Positions 1 through 13,380 of a stretch of DNA of 64,000 nucleotides are shown in pieces (the stretch's first letter is position 1; each line of letters begins with the position of its first letter). Under the pieces are notes generated by a model, which worked only from the letters and a program-made list of their open reading frames with translations, searched no databases and was not told the DNA's origin. Origin of the DNA: the human T2T-CHM13v2.0 reference genome, Homo sapiens; NCBI RefSeq assembly GCF_009914755.1, contig NC_060947.1; one strand, 5' to 3'. A program made the translations under genes and the position numbers.

Positions 1-590
1 AAAACTATTACAGCTGCATTTTTGGAGAAAATAAATCTCAGTATCATAGTGGGGAAACTTTCAGTCTTTCACCAATAAGTATAATTGAATTTCAAAATTA
101 TTGATTTTTTAGATACCTGTGGTTATTGTCTTCTAGTTTAATTTCACTGTTGTCAAAGAATACATTTTTTACAAATTCAGTAATTTTACATTTGCTCATA
201 TATGTTTTATGACACATAATATGATCTGTCATAGTGACTTCCATATACACTTGAAGAGAATATTTATTCTACTTCTTAAGAGTTGAGTGTTTCATATATT
301 TTAGATCAAATTCATTGATAGTTGAGTTCAGGTCCTTTACATACACATTAGTTTTCTGTCTACTACCTCTGTTACTTTCTTAGGAATACTGGAGTTTCAC
401 ATATGACTGTTGAATTGTCTATTTCTTCTATCAATTCTGTCATCTTTTGTTTCTTATATCTTGGGGCTCTACTTTTAGATATATGTAAGTGTATAATTCT
501 CATATATTCTTGATGAATTGATACTTTTACCATTATAAAATTCACTTATTTAGCACTAACATTTCTTTTTGATTTTGTCAGATTTTTAAA
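1..590 (-). mobile_element. Old L1 (L1M-type) ORF2 fragment
   Basis: T-rich antisense L1 ORF2-like sequence (e.g. 'cttgaagagaatatttattct', 'gaattgtctatttcttct'), heavily decayed. Confidence 0.65.
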
Positions 591-657
591 ATTTTATTTT
601 CATTTATTTATTTTTAATTTTTGTGAGTATATGGTACATGTATAGAGCCATGGGGTA

Positions 658-2497
658 TGATATGGTTAGGCTTTTTGTCCCCACCCAAATCTCATAATCC
701 TCATAATGGCCATGTGTTAATGGGGAGACCAGGTGGAGGTAATTTAATCATGGAGGCAGTTTCCCCCATGCCGTTCTTGTGAATAGTGAGCGAGTTTTCA
801 TGAGATCTGATGGTTTTATAAGGGGTTCTTCCCTACTTGCTCAGCATTTCTCTGTCCTGCTGCCTTGTGAAGAAGGCATTTTGCTTCCCATTCACCTTCT
901 GCCATGATTGTAAGTTTCCTGAGGCCTCCCCAGCTGTGTTGAAATGTGAGTTAATTAAAACTTTGTTCTTTTTAAATTAACCAGTCTCAGGCAATTGTTT
1001 ATACCAGTATTAAAATGGACTAATACAATAAATTGGTACCCATTTTCTGGGAAGAAACTCAAGCCTGCTGCAGAAATCTGCATAAGTAATGAGGAGCCAA
1101 ATGTTAATCACCAAGTCAATGGGAAAAATGTCTCCAGGGCATGTTAGAAGTCTTCACAGCATTGCCTCCCAGTGGAGGCCCAGAGGCCTAGGAGAAAAAA
1201 AAAAAATGTTTTTATGGGCCTGGGCCAAGGCCTTGCTGCTTTGTGCAATTTCAAGACTTGGTGCCCTGCAAACCAGCTGTGGCTAAAAGGGGCTAATATC
1301 CAGCTCAAGCCATTGCTCCAGAGGGTGCAAGACCCAAGCCTTGGTGGCGTACATGTGGTATTGGGCCTGCGGGTGCACAGAAGTCAAGAATTGAGGTTTG
1401 GGAATATGTGCCGAGATTTCAGAGGTTGTATGGAAATACCTGGATGTCCAGGCAGAAGTTTGTTGTAGGGGTGGAGCGCTCATTGAGACCCTCTCCTAGG
1501 GCGGTGCAGAAGGAAGATGTGAGGTCAGAGTCCCCACACAGAGTCCCCAGTGGAGCACTGCCTAGTGGAGCTGTGAGAAGAGGGTCACTGTCTTCCAGAC
1601 CCCAGAATGGTAGATCCACTGACAGCTTGCAACATGCACCTGGAAAATCTGTAGACATTCAATGCCAGCCTGTGAAAGCAGCCAGGAGGGAGGCTATACC
1701 TTGCACAGCTACACAGGTGGAGCTGCTGAAGTTCATGGGACCCCACCTCTTGCATCAGCATGAGCTGGATGTGAGACATGGAGTCAAAGGTGATAATTTT
1801 GAAGCTTTAAGATTTCACTGCCTCACTGAATTTTGGACTTGCATGGGGCCTGTAGCTCCTTTGATTTGGCCAATTTCTCCCATTTGGAATGGGCATATTT
1901 ACCCAATGTCTGTACCCCCATTGTATCAAGGAAGTTACTAACTTGCTTTGTTTTTATAGGCTCATAGTCAGAAGGGACGTGCCTTGCCTCAGATGAGACT
2001 TTGGATTTGGATTTTTGGGTTAATGGTGGAACAAGTTTAAACTTTGGGAAACTGTGGGAAGGCATGATTGTGTTTTGAAATGTGAAAGGGACATGAGATT
2101 TGGGAGGGGCCGGGGTGAAATGATATGGTTAGGCTTTGTGTCTTTACCCAAATCCCATCTTGAATTGTAATCCCCCTCATCCCCATGTGTCAAGGGAGAG
2201 AGGAGGTGGAGGTAATTGAATCATGGGGGCAGTTACCCCCATGCTGCTGTTCTCATGATAGTGTGTGAGTTCTCACAAGATCTCATGGTTTTATAAGGGG
2301 CTCTTCCCTCTTCACTCCTCACTCTTCTCTCTCCTGCTGCTATGTGAAGAAGGTCCTTGCTTCCCTCTCTGCCTTGATGGTAAGTTTTCTGAGGCCTCTC
2401 CAGCCATGGTGGACTGTGAGTCAATTAAATATTTTTCTTTTATAAATTACCCAGTCTTGGACAGTTCTTTATAGCAGTATGAAAACAAACTAATAGA
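658..2497 (+). mobile_element. THE1 (THE1D-like) MaLR provirus: LTR 658-1027, shortened internal region 1028-2120, LTR 2121-2497
   Basis: Both LTRs start tgatatggttaggc and end ctaata(c/g)a; polypurine tract before 2121; 5-bp TSD GGGTA (653-657 / 2498-2502). ORF 1408-1941 is THE1-int sequence. Confidence 0.93.
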
Positions 2498-3930
2498 GGG
2501 TACACGAGATGATTTGATGCATGCAATGTGAAATAATTTCATCATGGAGAATGGGGTTCTCATCCCCTCAAGGAATTATAGGTTGCATTATGAACAATCC
2601 AATTACTCTCTTTTAGTTATTTTAAAATGTAAAAGTAATTTATTATTGACTATAGCCACCCTGTTGTGCTATTAAATACAAGATATTATTCACTCTTTCT
2701 AACTATTATTTTGTATTCATTAACCATCCCCACCTCACTCCCTGCCCCTACTATCATTCCCAATCTCTGGTAACCATCCTTCTATTCTCTATATCTATGA
2801 GTTCATTTTTTTTTTATCCCACATAAGTGAGAACATGTGATATTGTTTGTTCTGTGCCTGGCTTATTTTACTTAACATGATGACCAACAGTTCCATCCAT
2901 GTTGTTGCAAATGACAGAATCACGATACTCTTTATGACTGAATAGTACTCCACTATGTATATGCACCACATTTTCTTTATCCATCCATCTCTTGAGGGAT
3001 ATAAGTTGATTCCAAATCTTAACTCTTGTAAGCAGTGCTGCAATAAACATGGCAGTACAGCTATCTCTGTAATATACTGATTTTCTTTCTTTGGGGTACA
3101 TACCCAGAACTGGGATTGCTGGATCATATGGTAGTTCAATTTTTAGTTTTTGAGAAACCTCCAAACTCTTCTCCATAGTGGTTGTGTTAATTTCCATTCC
3201 CTCCAACAGTGTACAAAGGTTCTCTTTTCTCCACATCCTTGCCAGTATTTGTTGTTGCCTGTCTTTTGGATATAAGCTATTTTAGCTGGAGGGTGACATA
3301 TCTCATTGTAGTTTGATTTACATTTATCTGATGATCAGTGATGTTGAGAACCTTTTCATATGCCTGTTTGCCAGTTGTATGTTTTCTTTTGAGAAATGTC
3401 TGTTCAAATCTTTTGCCTATTTGTTGATGGGATTATTAGATTATCTTCTATACAGTTGTTTGAGCTCCTTATATATTCTTGTTATTAATCCTTTATCAGA
3501 TGCATAGTTTCAAATATTTTCTCCCATTTTATGGATTCTGTTTTCACTTCATCGATTACATTCTTTGCTGTGTAGAAGCTTTTTAACTTAATGTAATCCC
3601 ATTTGTCCATTTTTTGTTTGGTTGCCTGTGCTTATGGAGTATTTTTCAATAAACTTTTGCTCAGACTAATGTCCTGGAGGTTTTCCTAAAAGTTTTCTTG
3701 TAGGAGTTTCATAGTTTAAGGTCTTAGATTTGAGTCTTAAATCTATTTTGATTTCATTTTTGTATATGGTGAGAGATAGGGGTCTAGTTTTATTCTCCTG
3801 TATATGGATATCCAGTTTTCCCAGTACCATTTATTAAAGAGACTGTCATTTCCTCGGTGTATGTTCTTGGTACCTTTGTTAAAAATGAGTTTACTGTAAG
3901 TGTGTGGATTTCTTTCTGGGTTCTCTGTCC

Positions 3931-4231
3931 TTTTTTTTTATTTTTTTATTTTTTTTTGAGACGGAGTCTCGCTCTGTCGCCCAGGCTGGAGTGCAGTGGC
4001 ATGATCTCGGCTCACTGCAAGCTCTACCTTCACACCATTCTCCTGCCTCAGCCTCCCGAGTAGCTGGGACTACAGGTGCCAACCACCACGCCCAGCTAAT
4101 TTTTTGTATTTTTAGTAGAGACGGGGTTTCACCGTGTTAGCCAGGATGGTCTCAATCTCCTGACCTCGTGATCTGTCCACCTCGGCCTCCCAAAGTGCTG
4201 GGATTACAGACGTGAGCCACCGCACCCCGCC
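3931..4231 (-). mobile_element. AluY
   Basis: Poly-T plus Alu dimer with Y-type 'cactgcaagctc' and 'ccgtgttagccaggatggtctc'; TSD-like 'ggttctctgt' on both sides. Confidence 0.93.
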
Positions 4232-7200
4232 AGGTTCTCTGTTCTTTTCCACTGGTCTATGTTTCTGTCTTTATGCCAGTACCATTGTGTTTGGGTTACT
4301 ATAGCTCTGAAGTCAGGTAATGTAATCCCTCCTTTTGTTCTTTTTGCTTAGGATAGCTTTGGCTATTCTGGGTCTTTTGTGGTTCCATATAAATTTTGGG
4401 TTATTTTATTTCTTTGAAGAATGTAATTGATATTTTGATAGGGATTGCATTGAACTTATAGATTGCTTTAGGTAGCATGGAAATTTTAACAATGTTGATT
4501 CTTCCAATCCATGAACATGTAAATATCTTTCCATTTTTTTTGGCGTCCTCTTCAATTTATTTCATCCATGTTTTATAGTTTTTATTATATGGAGATCTTT
4601 CACTTCTTTGGTTAATTCCTAAGAATTTAATTTTCTTTGTGGCTTCTATAAATGGGGTTACATTTTATTTCTTCTTCAGATTGTTCACTGTTAGCATATA
4701 GAAATACTACTGATTTTGGTGTGTTTATTTTGTAACCTGAAACTTCACTGAACTTTGTTTATGAGTTCTAATAGGTTTTTGTGGCGTCTATAGGCTTTTT
4801 CAATATAAGATCATATCATTGGCAAACAAAATAATTTGACTTTTTCTCTACAATTTGGATGCCCTGTATGTCCTTTTCTTGTCTGACTGCTCTAGCTAGG
4901 ACTTCCAATACTGTGCTGAATAATAGTGGTTAAAGTGGGCATACTTGTCTTGTTTCAGACCTTAGAAGAAAAGTTTTCATATTTTCTCCATTCAGTGGGA
5001 TGTCAGCTGTGGGTGTGTCATATATGGCTTTGGTTATGTTGAAGTATGTTTCTACTATACCCACTTTGCTGAGGGTTTTTGTCAGGAAGTAATGTTAAAC
5101 TTTTTCAAATGCTTTTTCAGCATCAATTGAAATAATCATATGGTTTATATCCTTCATTCTGTTAATATGTTGTATCGCATTGGATTTATTTGCATATATT
5201 GAACCATCTTTGCCTCCCAAGGGGAAATCCCACTGTCATGATGAATAATCTTTCTAATATATTGTTCAATTTGATTCACTATTATTTTGTTGATAATTTT
5301 TGCATCAATATTAATCAGAAAGACTGGCCTGAAGTTTTCTTTTTTCGATGTATTTTTGTCAGTTTTTGATATCAGGGTAATACTGGTCTCACAGAACGAG
5401 TTTGGAAGTATTTCCTCCTTCTCTGTTTTTCGGAACAGTATGAGTAAGATTGGTATTAGATTTTTTTTTTATGTTTGGCAGTGTTCAGCAGTGTAACCTT
5501 CAGGCTTTTCTTTACTGGGGGATTTTTGTTATGTCTTCAATATCATTACTTGTTATTGGTCTCTTTCAGTTTTTAATTTTTTCTTAGTTCAATATTGGTA
5601 TGTTGCGTGTGTCTAGGAATTTGTCCATTGCTTTTAGATGTCTTCAATTAACTGACAATATAGTTTCTAATAGTAGCCACTAATGATCCTTTCAATTACT
5701 GTTGTATAAGTTGCAATGTCTTCTTTTTCATTTCTGATTTTATTTATTTGTATCTTCTCTCTTTTTTTCTTAGTGTGGCTGTTTGTCAATTTTATTTTTT
5801 CAAAAAAAAAATTTGTTTCATTGATCTTTGATATTGTTTTCTTCATGTCAAATTCATTTATTTCTTCACTAATCTTTACAATTTCTTTTCTTATAATTTT
5901 TGGGTTGGTTTGTTCTTGCTTTTCTAGGTTTTTAAAATGCATCATTTGATTGTTTATTTAAAGTTTTCCCTCTGTTTTATGTAGGCACTTACAGCTATAA
6001 ACTTCCCTCTTACTACTGCTTTTGCTGTATACCATAGGTTATGGTATGTTGTGTTTTCATTATTATTTGCTTCAAGAAACTTTTCAAATTCTTCTTAATT
6101 TTTTCATTGACCCAGTGATCATTCAGGAGCATAATGTTTAATTTCCATGTGTTTGTATAGTTTCCAAAATTCCTCCCATTATTGATTTTTAGTTTTATTC
6201 CATTCGGGTCAGGGAACATGCTTGATATTATATAATTATTTTGAATGATTTATGACTTTTTTATGACCTAATATACGGTCTATTCTTGAGAATTATCCAT
6301 GTGCTGGGGAAAAAATTCTGTGTTCTTCAGCCACTGGATGAAATATTCTGTAAATATCTATCAGGTGCATTTGTTTTACAGTACATATCAAGTTCGATGT
6401 TTGTTGATTTTCTGTCCCAGAGATAAGTCTAATGCTGAAAGTGAGGTGTTAAAGTCTCTAACTATTATTGTATTGGGGCCTGTTTCTCTCTTTAGCTCTA
6501 ATAATATTTGCTATGTATAGCTTGATGCTCCAGTGTTAGGTGCATGTATATTTAAAATTGTCGTATCATTTAGATGAATTGACTTCTTTATTAATATATA
6601 ATGACCTACTTTTTTTTTATAATGACCTACTTTGTCTCTTATAATTTTTGTCTTGAAATCTACTTTTTCTGCTATAAGGATACCTACACCTGATTTTTTT
6701 GGTTTCCATTGGGATGGAATATCTTTTTTCATCCCTTTATTTTCAGTTAATATGTGTCTTTATAGTTGAGGTGTGTTTCTTATAGGGAAAAGATCAATGG
6801 GTCTTGTTTTTCCATGTGTTCAGAAACTTTATGGGTTTTGATTGTATAGTCCATTCCCTTTACATTCAGTGTTATTATTGATAAGTGTAGAATTACTCCT
6901 ACCGTGTTGTTACTTGTTTTCTGGTAGTTTTGTAGGCTTCTCTTTCCTCAATGTTTCTCCCTGTCTTCCTTTAGAGCAGGTGATTTTCTCAGGTAATATG
7001 ATTTACTTTATTGCTTTTTATTTTTTGTGCATCCTTTGTATGTTTTTTATTTTGAGGTTACTATGAGACTTGCAAATACTACCTTATAACCCATTACTTA
7101 AAACTGATAACAACTGAACACTCTTTACATAATCAAAAAACAAGCAAAAATGAAACTGTTAAATTCTATACACCTTTACTTTATCTCCCCGCATTTTAAC

Positions 7201-7429
7201 TTTTTGTTGTTCCTATTTATATCTTATTGGGTTGTCCATGTTTTGCAAAGTTGTTGTACTTACTATTTTTGATTTGTTCATTATTTAGTCTTTCTACTCA
7301 GGATAAGTGTTGTTTACACATCACAGTTACAGTTTCATAATACTCAGTGTTTTTCTGTGTACTTACTATATTCTTAGTGAGTTTTGTAGTGTCAGATGAT
7401 TACTCATCGGACGTTAACATCCTTTTCTT

Positions 7430-8340
7430 TCTAATTTTCTTTCTAATTTCTAATGTGTATTTTTTTCTTTCAGTTCTATCAGTTTTGTGTTATACAATTT
7501 GAAGTTTTGTTCCTTTATGGGTGTATATTTAGCACATTTAGGTCGTTGTGGTGAATTGCCACTTTTAACATTAAAGAATCTCTCTGTTCCTGATAGTTTT
7601 CTTTGCTACGAAGCCTATTTTATCTGACACTAATGTAGCCACATTGTTTTCTTTTGATTAATGTTTGAAAGATGTAGATTATCTTCACTGTTCACTTTCA
7701 ATCAACTTATATAATTACATATAAGTGAGTGTCTTGTGGACTAAATATAATCAAATCACCTTTTGTCTATCCTATAAATTTCTGTCTTTTAATGGGTATA
7801 TTTAGATCATTTATATTTAAAGTAATTATTGAAATGCTACAGCTTAAGACTAACATTTGTTTTGTTGTTGTGGTTTCATTTTTGCCCCTCTATTTTTCCT
7901 TATTGCCTTACTGAGTCAATTCAACATTTTCTTAAAAATCCATTTTGATTCATCTAGTATTTTTGAGGACATCTCATTATATAAATTATTAGTGCTTGTG
8001 GTATGTATGACACTGTAGACATGTAATTTATTACAACGTATTGTTGTCTGTATTTACGACCTTGAATAAAATGTCACCATTTAGTTCCCCTTACATTCTT
8101 CCCTTTGTAATAAAATTGTTTTGAACAGTAGACATGTTCTCCACATGCACTTTGAATAAGATTATATATTTTAATTTTCACTTAAAAATCAAACATAATA
8201 TAAAACTCAATAGAAGATAAATAGGCTATTATATTTACCCATTCACTTGTGCTTATTTCCTTCCTAATATTCTTAATGTCCTTATTTAAAAATCATTTTC
8301 TTTCTGTTTAAAGAACCTTTCCTTTAGCCATTCATTCCTA
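7430..8340 (-). mobile_element. Old L1M fragment
   Basis: Antisense L1 ORF2 5' / inter-ORF-like sequence ('ttaatgggtatatttagatcatttatatttaaagtaattattg'). Confidence 0.6.
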
Positions 8341-8888
8341 AAGTTCATTTCCCATCTGAAACCATGGAGGCCAAAAGAAAGTAGCATAACATTTTTCAAG
8401 TGCTGAAATAAAAAAAAATTGCTGGCCCAGAATAACATATCCAGTGAAACTATCCTTTGTAAATGAAGGGATATCAAGACCTTGTCAGATGAAGAAAAGC
8501 TAAGAGAATGTGTGACTACTAAACCACTTTAAAGTGGTTAAAAAATTATCTAAACATAAGGAAAATCACTGAATAAGAAATATTGGACAATTAAAAAGTA
8601 AAGAAAAATGAACACAGTAAGAACAAAAATTGGATGAATACAAAAGACTTTCTTATCCTTTTGAGTTTTCTAAATTATGGTTGATGGTTGAAGCAAAATT
8701 GGTAACACTGTCTACTGTGATTCACAATGTATGTATTTAGAGAAAGCATTTAAAATAATTTTATTATAAATGGTGGAAGGTAAAGGGACATTAAGGGTGG
8801 TAAGGTCTCTATACTTCACTAGAACTGGCAAAAATGTTGGCACCAGTAGACTTCAATAAGTTTCATATATACATATGAAAGTCTATAA

Positions 8889-8986
8889 AAGTATCACACT
8901 ATACAAGAAGATGTGTGTATATATATATATATATATAATCTATATATAGATATATAGTGTGATACTATATGTATAGTGTGATACTT
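8889..8986. repeat. (TA)n microsatellite flanked by a 17-bp perfect inverted repeat
   Basis: aagtatcacactataca (8889-8905) is the reverse complement of tgtatagtgtgatactt (8970-8986); TA run lies between. Confidence 0.85.
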
Positions 8987-10440
8987 ATAGCGACTATAAA
9001 AACGTTACATGAAATGATACATCCTCAATAGTATAAACAAAAATGAAATTCTAGATAATCTTCAAGTAACACTTAGGAAGGCAGAAAAAAATAAGCAGAG
9101 AATTGAAAAACACAGATCACAAATAGCAACCAAAAAATTAAATGGAAGAAAGCCTTGATATATCAATGATTTCTCAAATGGCAGTGGTTAAAATAAACCA
9201 ATTAAAACACAGAGATTCAGAGTTGATTAAGAGAGAAACATGACCCAATTGTATGCTGTCCATAAGAAACTCACTTCAAATATAATAACATAGGCAGGTT
9301 GAAATAAAAGAATAAAAACCAATATAATCAAAAGAAAGCAGGTATACTAAATCAAGTAGACTTTAAAGAAAATGTTATCACCAAGGATAGAAGAGACATT
9401 CTAAATGTGTATGCACCAAAAAACATTGAAATGAGAAATTGAAGAATCCATTACTATAGTATGAGACTTTAACTCTCTCAAAAATTAATAGAACAACTAG
9501 ACAGAAAAATCATTAAAGATATAGAAAATATTCAGCTCCAGTCAACCAATAGGATCTAACAGGTATCTATAAAATACCCAACAGCAACAGAACATATTGT
9601 TTTTCGAAATGCCCACAGAACATACAACAATTTCAGGATACACGGTCAACTCAGAAAGCTCAATTGTATTTCTCTATACTATCAATAATTTGTCAAAAGA
9701 AAAAAATTAAAAATATAACACCATTTACAATTGTTCGCAAAAAAGAAATACTTATGTATACATTTTTTAAAATGTATAAGACTTGTATGTTGAAATAAGT
9801 GGAGACATATTCAGTGTTTATCAACATGGCAAAGATGTAAATTATTTAAATTGTCTATATTGAACTATAGATGAAAATTAAAGTGGCGGTTTAATGCAAT
9901 TTTATCAAAATTTCAGCAAGTTTTTTATGTAGATACAATAATATCCTAAAGTTTATGTGGAAAGATGAAGTAAATATAACAGCTGAAACAATTCTAAAAC
10001 TAAATAAGTTTGCAGGAATATTCTGCCTAATTTCAGGACTTATGATATAGCTACAGTAATCAATAATCTATAGTATTGGTACAGGACTAGGCATATAGAT
10101 CAATAGAACAAAATACAAAATCTGAAAGTAGACCCCTGAAAATATGCCAACTGGTTTTGACAAGAGTGAAAAATAGCAATTTCATAGACTGCCTTTCCAA
10201 CAATGGTGCTGGAATATATTGTTTTCATCCATAGATTGAAAACAAAATTAACCTCAACCTAAACCTTGCAACTTATATAAATTAAATAAAAGTAGATCAT
10301 TGATTTGAATGTAAAATTATAAAACATTAGATGATAAAAAAAATTTAGGATCTGGAGGTGAGTAAACAGTTCCTAGAGTTGACATAAAATAACATTATTT
10401 ATAAAAGAAAGTGCATGTCATCAAAATTAATAACTTTTAC

Positions 10441-10745
10441 TCAGCCCATTGTGGTGGCTAACACCAGTAATCCTAGCACTTTGGGAGGCCAAGGTGGGCG
10501 GGACACTTGAGCCCAAGAGTTCAAAACCAGCCTGGGCAACATAGAAAGACCCCATTTCTACAAAAAAAATTTTTTTTAATTGGCCAGATGTGGTGGCTCA
10601 TGCCTCTAGTCCCAGATATTCGGGGGCTGAGTCAGGAGGATTGCTTGAGTCAAGGAGGTAGAGGCTACAGTGAGCTGTGATTGTGCCACTGCACTGCAGC
10701 CTGGGTGACAGACTGAGACCCTGTCCCACACACACAAAAAAATAA
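10441..10745 (+). mobile_element. AluJ
   Basis: Alu dimer with J-type 'cttgagcccaagagttc' and 'gaggattgcttgag'. Confidence 0.88.
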
Positions 10746-10958
10746 TAATGCTGTATGAATAAAAGACCTGTGATGGGAATGAAAAGACAAGTTAGAGATT
10801 GAATGAAAACATTTGTAATCTACATACCTGACAAAGTACTTGTATCAAGATTATAAGAAAAAAACTCTCAAACTCAACAGAAAAATGACAAACTGTTTAA
10901 ATAGAAAATAGCCAAAAAAACAAGAAGAGGCATTTTACAAAAGAAGTTATAAAGATGG

Positions 10959-11199
10959 TCTATTAGTCCATTCTCACACTGCTATGAAGAAATACCTGAG
11001 ATTAGCTGATTTATAAAGAAAAAAGGCTTAATTGACTTCAGTTCCACATTGCTGGGGAGGCCTATGGAAACTTAGAATCGTGGCAGAAGGTACCTCTTCA
11101 CAGGACAGCAGGACAGGGTGAGTGCAGAGACCTTGACACGTGGGGATTATTACAATTTAAAGTGAGATTTGGGTGGGGACACATAGCCAAACCATATCA
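10959..11199 (-). mobile_element. THE1 solo LTR, internally deleted (~240 bp)
   Basis: 'tattagtccattctcacactgct ... ccaaaccatatca'; TSD GATGG (10954-10958 / 11200-11204). Confidence 0.88.
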
Positions 11200-11717
11200 G
11201 ATGGCAAATAAGCACATGAAAATATGCATATCACTAGCTTTTAGGAAAATGCAATTTAAAATGAACATAAAATATCGCTATACACTGAAGGGCTAAACTT
11301 TTAAAAATAACCATGCCAATTACCAAATACTGTTGAGGATGCAAAGAAACTGAATATCCCAAACATTGCTGGTGGGAATGTAAAATGCTATAGCCATTCT
11401 GAAAAATAATTAGGCAGTTTCTTAAAACCATTAAACATATAGTTACTATGTGGTTACACACTCAAGACATTTATCCTGAAGAAATAAATTTTGTCCACAC
11501 AAAAAATATGTAGATAAATGTTCCTAGCATCTTTATTTATGGTAGCCTCAAATCAGGAAAAATGCAAATATCCATCAATGAGTGAATGGCTAAACACACT
11601 GTGGCACAACCATATCATGGAATAAAATCAGCAAAAAGAAACAGATTATTGATACAACCACTAGGATGAATCCCAAGGACAACTTGCTGAGCGAAAAGAA
11701 GCCAATCTCAAAAGGTC

Positions 11718-12407
11718 TGTGGTATAATAAAAATGCATACAGTATTTCACTTTTGTCTCACATTGCTGGCAAAAAGCCTCCAAAACCCTTGGAATTTCCT
11801 GAGTAATAGGAGTGTCTTTTGTCATTCATAATGAGCCCTTTTCTATCACACCTTAGTTCAGGAGAATGAGATGACTTGTGTGGGGCCTCTGAATAGGCTT
11901 AGGAGGGGACTGGTCACCAGACAGACCAAGTGATAATAGGGGTGGTATTTTCAACCACAGACAGGGCTCTCCAGAGGGGAAAGGGGAAGCTGGAGATTGA
12001 GCTCTAAAAAAACCTCTTGAACGATGAGATTCAGAGAACTTACAGGTTGGTAGGATGACATGGGAGTTCTGTCCCCCACCACCTATCTTGCTCTATGTAT
12101 CTCTTATATTTAGCTATTCCTGGGTTGTATTCTTTATAATAAGCTGATAAACATAAGTAAAGTGGTTTCCTGAATTCTGTGAGCTGATGGAACAAATCAT
12201 TGAATCACTGAGGGAGGATATGAGAACCTCCAAACTTCTATTCTGCTTGGCAGAAGTGTGGGTAGTCTGGGCACTCCTTTCATGGCTGGCATGTGAATTG
12301 AGTGCAGTGTTGTTGGACTGAGCCCTTTAATTTGTAACATCTGACACTAATTCCAGGTAAATAGTATCAGAATTGAATTGCTTGATATCCACTTGTTGAG
12401 AATTACA
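11718..12407 (+). mobile_element. ERV solo LTR (MER21-like)
   Basis: TG...CA ends; 'aaaacccttggaatttcctgagtaataggagtgtcttttg' resembles the MER21 family; interrupts the L1 3'UTR, which resumes after it. Confidence 0.6.
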
Positions 12408-12829
12408 GATATCTCATACTGCATTATTCCATTTACATAACATTCTCAAATGAAAAATATATGGAGATGGGAAAACGCTAGTGGTTGGCAGGGTTTAGGA
12501 ATGGTGAAGATAAGGAGTGGTTGTGACTATAAATTGTCAGCATGAGGTAGATTTTCGTGGTGACTGAATAGTTCTATATTTTGATGTTGTCATGGACACT
12601 ATACAAATCTATGCATGTGATAAAATGACAAAGTACCAATGTTCACACCGCATACAAATGCTAATTTCCAAGTTTTTATATCGTACTATAATTATGTATG
12701 ATGTAACCATTGAGGGAAATTGTTTGAAGGTTGAACAGGACTTCTCTGCACTACTGTAGTATCTTTGCAACTTCCTGTGACTCTATAATAATTTTAAAAT
12801 GAAAAGTTAAAAAAATCCCTGATAATCAC

Positions 12830-13380
12830 CATTGACTCCTCCATCACCCTTTCCATCATTGACGTTTAATTACCAAACCTTATTGATGTCCATTATTTGT
12901 ATATATTTTTTCTCCATCCTCACTGCTACTGCCTCAATACAGGCTACCATAATTTCTTCCCTGAATTTTTACCATAACTTTCTAACTGGGCTCCAGGCTT
13001 CCATTCAAGCCCCCTCTCCAAACCAATTTTCATTCCTTTGAATTGGTATTCAAAAAATATGTATATCGTCATGGCATACCCACGTCTTCATAAATCTTGC
13101 AGGTTCCTCGTCATCTGCAGTATAAAGTGTCAATTCCTTAGTATGGCTTTTAAGGTGTCTCACAGCTGCCTTTTAAGCCTGATTTCCCACTCCACTGCAC
13201 AACAGTTCCTTTGTTACTGCCATACCAGCCTCATCAGCCTTTCATATTAATAGCCCACACGTTTGCTCAGACTATCACCTTTGCGTGGATTGTCCTACTT
13301 TTTCTCGCACAGGCATGCTGAAAATCCATCCAGATTTCAGCTTCTGGCTTAAATATGTCATTCTCCATAATGCTTTCCTT
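12830..13380 (+). mobile_element. L2 fragment
   Basis: 'ctccatcctcactgctactgcc...ggctaccat...ttctaactgggctcc' is typical of the L2 3' region. Confidence 0.6.

Larger units (their letters stand above)
591..7420 (-). mobile_element. L1MA/L1PB-type LINE-1 (3'UTR, ORF2 and upstream), interrupted by THE1 and AluY
   Basis: Minus ORFs 2868-3236 (IELPYDPAIPVLGMYPKE), 5667-5945 (KNLEKQEQTNPK...KIQINKIRNEK) and 6013-6219 (NYTNTWKLN) are L1 ORF2p remnants; T-rich tail near 590-620. Confidence 0.9.
8350..12815 (+). mobile_element. Old L1 (L1MC/MD-like), ORF1 end to 3'UTR, with nested Alu, THE1 LTR and an ERV LTR
   Basis: ORF1 motif 'atttttcaagtgctgaaa...gaaactatcc...aatgaaggg'; ORF2 motifs ('agctacagtaatcaa', 'ttgctggtgggaatgtaaaatg'); 3' end 'cttcctgtgactctataataattttaaaat' followed by an A-run. 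Confidence 0.8.

Noticed and set aside
1408-1941. 177-aa ORF and its homologue at 38941-39459
   Set aside because: Both lie within THE1/MST internal sequence; they are residual MaLR reading frames, not host genes.
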